DNA from: Candidatus Aenigmatarchaeota archaeon
Lineage (GTDB): Archaea > Aenigmatarchaeota > Aenigmatarchaeia > QMZS01
DNA length: 64,000 nucleotides
Assembly (NCBI GenBank): GCA_030600555.1
Contig: JAUVLW010000001.1
Location: 6,411-70,410, forward strand
Direction: 5' to 3'
Positions 59,155-64,000 of this stretch are shown one piece after another. A model generated the notes under the pieces. It ran no database searches, was not told the DNA's origin, and worked only from the letters and a program-made list of their open reading frames with translations. Made by a program: the position numbers and the translations under genes. Each line of letters opens with the position of its first letter. The stretch's first letter is position 1.

Positions 59155-60717
59155 ATGGTTTTTGGAAAAGAAGAGCTAATTGTGCCAGATACTTCAGTAT
59201 TAATATCAAAGAAACTTACTGAATTAATTGACAACGGACAACTGAAAAAAGTAAAAGTTCTTGTTCCTGAATTTGTTATTGATGAACTTCAGGCTCAGGC
59301 AAACAAAGGCAAAGAAATCGGTTTTCTGGGTTTGGAAGAAATTAAGGAATTAAGGAAACGAAATGTAAAACTTGAATTTGTGGGAAGGAAGCCGACAATA
59401 GACGAAATAAAACTCGCAAAGAAAGGAAGAATTGACGCATTAATAAGAGAACTCGCTCAGAAACACAAAGCAACTTTATACACAAGGGATTTTGTGCAGG
59501 CGCTTGTTGCGGAAGTTTTTGGCGTAAAAGTAAAATTCATTAAAACCCCGCATAAAAAAGCGGATCTTAAATTTTTAAAATTGCTCACAAAAGATACAAT
59601 GTCCCTGCATTTTAAAGTGAATTGCGTCCCTCTGGCAAAAAGGGGACACCCTGGAAAATGGGACTTAAAAAAAGTCGGGAAAGAAAAACTTTCAAAGTCA
59701 AAATTTGAGCAACTTGCATCCAGCATACTCAAAGAGATTAGAGGAAAGAATTTTGCTTTTGTTGAGTTTGAAGAATATGGGGCTATGGTTTTGCAGATAA
59801 GGGATATGAGAATCTCAATTACAAGACCCCCATTTTCAGACGCGGAGGAGATAACAATTGTGCGACCAATAGCGAAATTGGGCATTGATGATTATGAACT
59901 TTCAGAGAAACTTAAAAAGAGAATAACTGACGAAGCCGGAGGAATTCTTATTTCTGGGCCTCCTGGAAGCGGCAAATCAACTCTGGCCGCGAGTCTTGCT
60001 GAATTTTATCAGAAGCAGGATAAGATTGTAAAGACAATGGAACAGCCGAGGGATTTGCAGGTAAATGAAAAAATAACCCAGTACGCTCCGTTGGCAAAAT
60101 CATTCGCAAAGACCGCGGAAATATTATTATTGGTCAGACCTGATTACACAATTTTCGATGAGATAAGAACCTCTTTTGACTTTAAGATTTTTAGTGATTT
60201 AAGGCTTGCAGGCGTTGGGATGGTTGGGGTGATTCATGCTTCCAAACCAATTGATTCAATCCAGAGATTTGTTAACAAAGTTGAACTTGGGATGCTCCAT
60301 AATATCGTGGATACAATAATTTTTGTGAAGGACGGTAAAATAGAAGAAGTTTATTCCACGGATTTAATAGTGAGGGTTCCCACAGGAATGAGGGATTCTG
60401 ATCTTGCAAGACCTTTAATGGAAATCAGGTCATTTGAAACCGGAAAACTTGAGTATGAAATTTATTCTTTCGGAGACGAAACCATTGTTATTCCAATTGA
60501 AGAGTTTGATGAAAAAGAAGTGGAAAAAAAAATCAAGCAAATAAAAAAAGAAATCAGCAAGTATGATAAAAATGCTGTAATAGAACATACTTCAGGAACT
60601 GATTTCAGGGTTTATGTTAATAAAAAAATAATTGCTAAATTAATCGGTCGCGGGGGGAAAGGTATTGATAAGCTGGAAACTAAACTTAAGGCTCATCTTG
60701 ATATTCTTGAACGGTAA
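59155..60717 (+). CDS. PIN domain + PhoH/PilT-like ATPase + KH domain protein (COG1855-type)
   Basis: N-terminal LIVPDTSVLIS (PIN), Walker A ISGPPGSGKSTLA, and C-terminal IIAKLIGRGGKGIDKL (KH GXXG). Confidence 0.65.
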   Translation: MVFGKEELIVPDTSVLISKKLTELIDNGQLKKVKVLVPEFVIDELQAQANKGKEIGFLGLEEIKELRKRNVKLEFVGRKPTIDEIKLAKKGRIDALIRELAQKHKATLYTRDFVQALVAEVFGVKVKFIKTPHKKADLKFLKLLTKDTMSLHFKVNCVPLAKRGHPGKWDLKKVGKEKLSKSKFEQLASSILKEIRGKNFAFVEFEEYGAMVLQIRDMRISITRPPFSDAEEITIVRPIAKLGIDDYELSEKLKKRITDEAGGILISGPPGSGKSTLAASLAEFYQKQDKIVKTMEQPRDLQVNEKITQYAPLAKSFAKTAEILLLVRPDYTIFDEIRTSFDFKIFSDLRLAGVGMVGVIHASKPIDSIQRFVNKVELGMLHNIVDTIIFVKDGKIEEVYSTDLIVRVPTGMRDSDLARPLMEIRSFETGKLEYEIYSFGDETIVIPIEEFDEKEVEKKIKQIKKEISKYDKNAVIEHTSGTDFRVYVNKKIIAKLIGRGGKGIDKLETKLKAHLDILER

Positions 60718-60734
60718 ATCTTAAGGCTTATAAT

Positions 60735-61715
60735 ATGAATAAATCTGAATTTGTTGGGTTGCTGAACGACCTCGAATGGGAAGATTTTGAAGTCAGGGAA
60801 ACAAAAAAAGATAGTTTAAAAAACAGCATGGAATCATTAAGCGCTTTTTCAAATACTGCGGGAGGCTGGATTGTTTTTGGGGTTAAAAAAACCCCGGGAA
60901 ATTATGAAATTATTGGAGTTTCTGAACCACAGGAACTTAAACAGGACGTCTCCTTATTGTTGAAAGAAGCTGAGTTCAATCAAAAAATAAAAATAAAATG
61001 CGTGAGCTACAGGCTGAACCGAAAAATTCTTTTGGCATTTTATATCCCGCCTTCGGAAAACAAACCAGTTTATTTTAATTCCATGGAAAATACTTTTGTA
61101 AGAACTTTCAGAGGCAACAGAATCGCAACGCACGAGGAAATTGATATTATGATTACAAACACTTCTTTAGGGAAAGAAGACACTTATTCTTTGAACAGTG
61201 CAAGCGTTTTCTCTGAAAACGATGGAATTGAACCCAGAGAGTTTACAATTGATGATGTGGATTTGGAGAAAGTTAAAAATCAGGAATTGCAGTTTAGGAA
61301 TATTGCTCCGAAACGCAAACAGGAAAATATCCTTCAGGAAAAATGCAAGGAACTAAAACCAGTAGCAGATTATCCAACAGAATTAATTAAGAAAACTTCT
61401 GATTATTCCGGAGAAGTTGAATCTGTTGAATCTAAAAATAATTCTGAGGTTCCCCCAGGAAATAACAAATATGAGGGTGATTATTCAAATGGAGCCCAGA
61501 ATAATTATTCCGGCGAATCCTCAGAAGAAAAAAACAATAAAGAGTATTCAGAAAATATTAAACCTGTGAAAGACCTGCGATTAGAAAATTTTAATCATAA
61601 AGACACTTTAAAAGGTCATATAGAAGGATACACAAAGGAACAGATTATAGAATACAAAAAAGACCCAAAAAAGGATTACAAGCAGGATTACCCGAAAAAA
61701 TCAGAGGATTCTTAG
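60735..61715 (+). CDS. protein with N-terminal AlbA_2/Schlafen-like putative DNA-binding domain and low-complexity C-terminal half
   Basis: ..ESLSAFSNTAGGWIVFGVKK.. matches the AlbA_2 (PF04326) core. The C-terminal 150 aa are N/S/E/K-rich. Confidence 0.5.
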   Translation: MNKSEFVGLLNDLEWEDFEVRETKKDSLKNSMESLSAFSNTAGGWIVFGVKKTPGNYEIIGVSEPQELKQDVSLLLKEAEFNQKIKIKCVSYRLNRKILLAFYIPPSENKPVYFNSMENTFVRTFRGNRIATHEEIDIMITNTSLGKEDTYSLNSASVFSENDGIEPREFTIDDVDLEKVKNQELQFRNIAPKRKQENILQEKCKELKPVADYPTELIKKTSDYSGEVESVESKNNSEVPPGNNKYEGDYSNGAQNNYSGESSEEKNNKEYSENIKPVKDLRLENFNHKDTLKGHIEGYTKEQIIEYKKDPKKDYKQDYPKKSEDS

Positions 61716-61760
61716 AAAATTGCGGATAATTTTAAATTTTATTAAAAAAATATTTAAATT

Positions 61761-61973
61761 ATGGGATACGCTTTTAATAGAGGGATTGAAATTATTAGTA
61801 TAGGTGGTTTAGGATTAAGCGCAGATTTTATTGCAGGGCAATTTCCCGGTCCAGCAACTGTTTTGGCTGGCGGAGTATTGGCATATTCAGCATTTGTGGA
61901 TACTTTTGAATATAAACAAGGATTATCGGATGATCTGAAATGTGGACGGGATAAACTTAAAAATTATTTATAA
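61761..61973 (+). CDS. hypothetical small Gly-rich hydrophobic protein
   Basis: 70 aa. Confidence 0.3.
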   Translation: MGYAFNRGIEIISIGGLGLSADFIAGQFPGPATVLAGGVLAYSAFVDTFEYKQGLSDDLKCGRDKLKNYL

Positions 61974-62015
61974 ACTCTTTTTGATGGATATTTAAAATAA
62001 TTTACTTACTAAATT

Positions 62016-62330
62016 ATGGTAAATAATTTAGGAGAATACAAAGAAAAAATATTGGATAGATTCAGCACTAATTATCGAGACCAAGATATATCAATTGAAG
62101 GTATATTGTTTGAGGATGATGGGAGATTGTATGTGGTTGCGGGACCAACAGGCGCAGAGATTACGAATTATCATTCTTTGGATAAGACTTATAAAGATAT
62201 GTTAAACACATCCTGCGAGAAAGGAACAAACTTGGTTTTTAAGGGAAAAGAAGTAATTCTCGGGAGACCTGAGATAATATTTGGTGAGTTTGGGATTAAC
62301 TTATATTCTGTGGACTCAAATTATCCTTAG
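62016..62330 (+). CDS. hypothetical protein
   Basis: 104 aa. Confidence 0.35.
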   Translation: MVNNLGEYKEKILDRFSTNYRDQDISIEGILFEDDGRLYVVAGPTGAEITNYHSLDKTYKDMLNTSCEKGTNLVFKGKEVILGRPEIIFGEFGINLYSVDSNYP

Positions 62331-62334
62331 ATAT

Positions 62335-62952
62335 ATGAAACACGATAAAGCTGTGAGGTGGAGGAAAGATTTATATAATTCATGGAAACATTTTGGAATC
62401 AAGAGAAAAGATGTGGAATTATTTGGAGACCCCTGGCATATTGCGAGAGCAGAACAGTTTCTTAAAAATAATGAAATCGAAGTTAAATGGGTTGGGGGAG
62501 ACTGCGAAAACGGGAGCACTTTGGATATTGTACTGAGAGTTCCTTCAGAGAGCGGAAGATTTATGGGTTATGATGTGATGTTTAAACTGGAAAGAATTGA
62601 TAAGCCAGACCAAACAGGAAATCTCTTAAGACCAATAAATAATTCTCATGGTTGTAAACATACACTTTATAGCAAGGATGTTTGCAGGATTCCGGGAAAT
62701 TGCAAACACGAGATTGCAGCGAGGGAATTTATTGAAAGAAATTTTGGCAAAATTATTGAAGAATATGCCCCCAATCTCGAAGGTTATGATATTTGCAGAA
62801 TTTATGTTGATTCAGATACGCCTTATTTTGTAAGAGAAAAATATGATAAACAGGATATGGATTTATATGAGAAGTTAACAGAAAAGAAATTATTTGATAC
62901 ACTTGTTGGGAGGGATGTACTGTACGAGCATTTAAAGAGGAAGTATAATTAA
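62335..62952 (+). CDS. hypothetical protein
   Basis: The ORF track starts at 62281, but the internal Met MKHDKAVRW avoids overlap with the previous gene. Confidence 0.4.
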   Translation: MKHDKAVRWRKDLYNSWKHFGIKRKDVELFGDPWHIARAEQFLKNNEIEVKWVGGDCENGSTLDIVLRVPSESGRFMGYDVMFKLERIDKPDQTGNLLRPINNSHGCKHTLYSKDVCRIPGNCKHEIAAREFIERNFGKIIEEYAPNLEGYDICRIYVDSDTPYFVREKYDKQDMDLYEKLTEKKLFDTLVGRDVLYEHLKRKYN

Positions 62953-63038
62953 TTGTAAGTGAGTTTTATCTGAATTTCTTTGGATTATATTAAGTTAACC
63001 CTCAAATTTTTATAAATCATTTTTAAAATCAATTAATT

Positions 63039-64000
63039 ATGTTGAACATTAAATTATTTAGGGAAACTCCGGAAATAATAAAGAAAAGCGAAAAAAATAG
63101 ATTTAAGGACGTTTCTTATGTGGATAAAGTAATTGACTTTGATAAGAGATGGAGAGAAAAATTGGATGAAATCCAGAAACTGAAACACGAAAAAAACAAG
63201 ATTTCAGAAGAAATTGGAAAATTAAAAAGAGAAAAAAAAGATACAGAAGATTTAATAGTTAAGGCGAGCAAAACAGATGATGAAATTTCCAAACTGGAGC
63301 GAGAGGTTCAGTTTTTAAAAGAGGAAAGGGAAATTCATAGATACAAAATAGGAAATATTCTTGATAAAAGCGTTCCTGTTGCTTTAACAGAAGAGGATAA
63401 TGTAACCGTCAGAACTTTTGGGGACCATACTGAATTTGAGTTTACTCCGAAAGGGCACGCTGAACTTGTTGAAAGATTTGCGGAACTTGAAAGAGCTGCA
63501 AGAATTTCAGGAGCGAGAACTTATTTTCTTAAAGGAGATTTGGTTCTGTTAAATCTTGCCCTAATTGAGTTTGGGATTAAAAGTCTTATTAAAAAAGGAT
63601 TCACCCCAATATTAACGCCTTTTTTCATAAACAAAAAACACATGAAAGCCGCTGCTGAACTTGCGGATTTTGAGGAAACTCTTTATAAACTTGAGGGCGA
63701 GGATTCATATTTAATTGCGACAAGCGAGCAGTCAATTGCATCGCTTCATTCAGGAGAAGTTCTGGAAGAAGAAACGTTACCATTAAAATATGCGGGATAT
63801 TCAACTTGTTTCAGGAAAGAAGCGGGCAGTCATGGGAAAGATACAAAAGGAATTTTCAGAGTTCATCAATTTGATAAAATTGAACAGTTTATTTTTTCCA
63901 ACCCAAAAGACAGCTGGGAACTTTTTGAAGAATTGATAAAAAACACAGAAGAAATTTATCAGGCTTTGGAATTGCCTTACAGAGTTGTGAATATTGCGAG
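63039..64000 (+). CDS. serS: seryl-tRNA synthetase (5' partial; continues beyond window)
   Basis: N-terminal coiled-coil arm (MLNIKLFRETPEIIKK...), then class II motifs ..YAGYSTCFRKEAGSHGKDTKGIFRVHQFDKIEQF.. Confidence 0.85.
   Translation, partial: MLNIKLFRETPEIIKKSEKNRFKDVSYVDKVIDFDKRWREKLDEIQKLKHEKNKISEEIGKLKREKKDTEDLIVKASKTDDEISKLEREVQFLKEEREIHRYKIGNILDKSVPVALTEEDNVTVRTFGDHTEFEFTPKGHAELVERFAELERAARISGARTYFLKGDLVLLNLALIEFGIKSLIKKGFTPILTPFFINKKHMKAAAELADFEETLYKLEGEDSYLIATSEQSIASLHSGEVLEEETLPLKYAGYSTCFRKEAGSHGKDTKGIFRVHQFDKIEQFIFSNPKDSWELFEELIKNTEEIYQALELPYRVVNIA

Noticed and set aside
1-64000. rRNA genes, RNase P/SRP RNA, transposases.
   Set aside because: No extended GC-rich structured regions beyond the three tRNAs were seen. 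No DDE or Tyr-recombinase motifs were recognised in any ORF.

Overview
This 64 kb window is AT-rich (about 30% GC) and gene-dense, and its core content is clearly archaeal. Recognisable genes include aIF2-gamma, aCPSF1/FttA, exosome Rrp42, diphthamide synthesis Dph2 and Dph5, Pth2, ribosomal proteins L15e, S4e, uS11, uS14, uS19 and uL22, geranylgeranyl reductase, and the start of SerRS. There are many small lineage-specific ORFs, the ribosomal-protein genes are dispersed rather than in operons, and at least two genes look disrupted. Together these features resemble a reduced DPANN-like archaeal genome with some bacterial-type accessory genes: Csp, PstSCAB, an AlkD-like glycosylase and a J-domain protein. 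The most striking feature is three tRNA genes (Asn, Glu, Leu) that all carry a long intron inside the T-loop. The Asn and Glu T-loop introns share a conserved core of about 45 nt, and tRNA-Glu also has a second intron at the canonical 37/38 position. ORF callers over-extend the N-termini of two neighbouring genes into these tRNAs. Other notable features: (1) a ~2 kb two-gene insertion flanked by an imperfect ~68 nt direct duplication of the aIF2-gamma 3' end; (2) a frameshifted asparaginase and a split MFS transporter; (3) uS11 and uL22 carrying ~100 aa Lys/Glu-rich extensions; (4) a divergent locus of FHA, membrane J-domain and Cys-rich proteins; (5) a complete pstSCAB operon with a divergently transcribed AbrB-PhoU-type regulator and three regularly spaced TAACTATATA repeats in the shared promoter region; (6) a three-gene cassette of unknown function next to the pst operon, one gene with a possible HEPN Rx5H motif; (7) a 595 aa protein with a thymidylate-synthase-like C-terminal domain fused to an unknown N-terminal region. 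No rRNA, CRISPR array, integrase or transposase was recognised.
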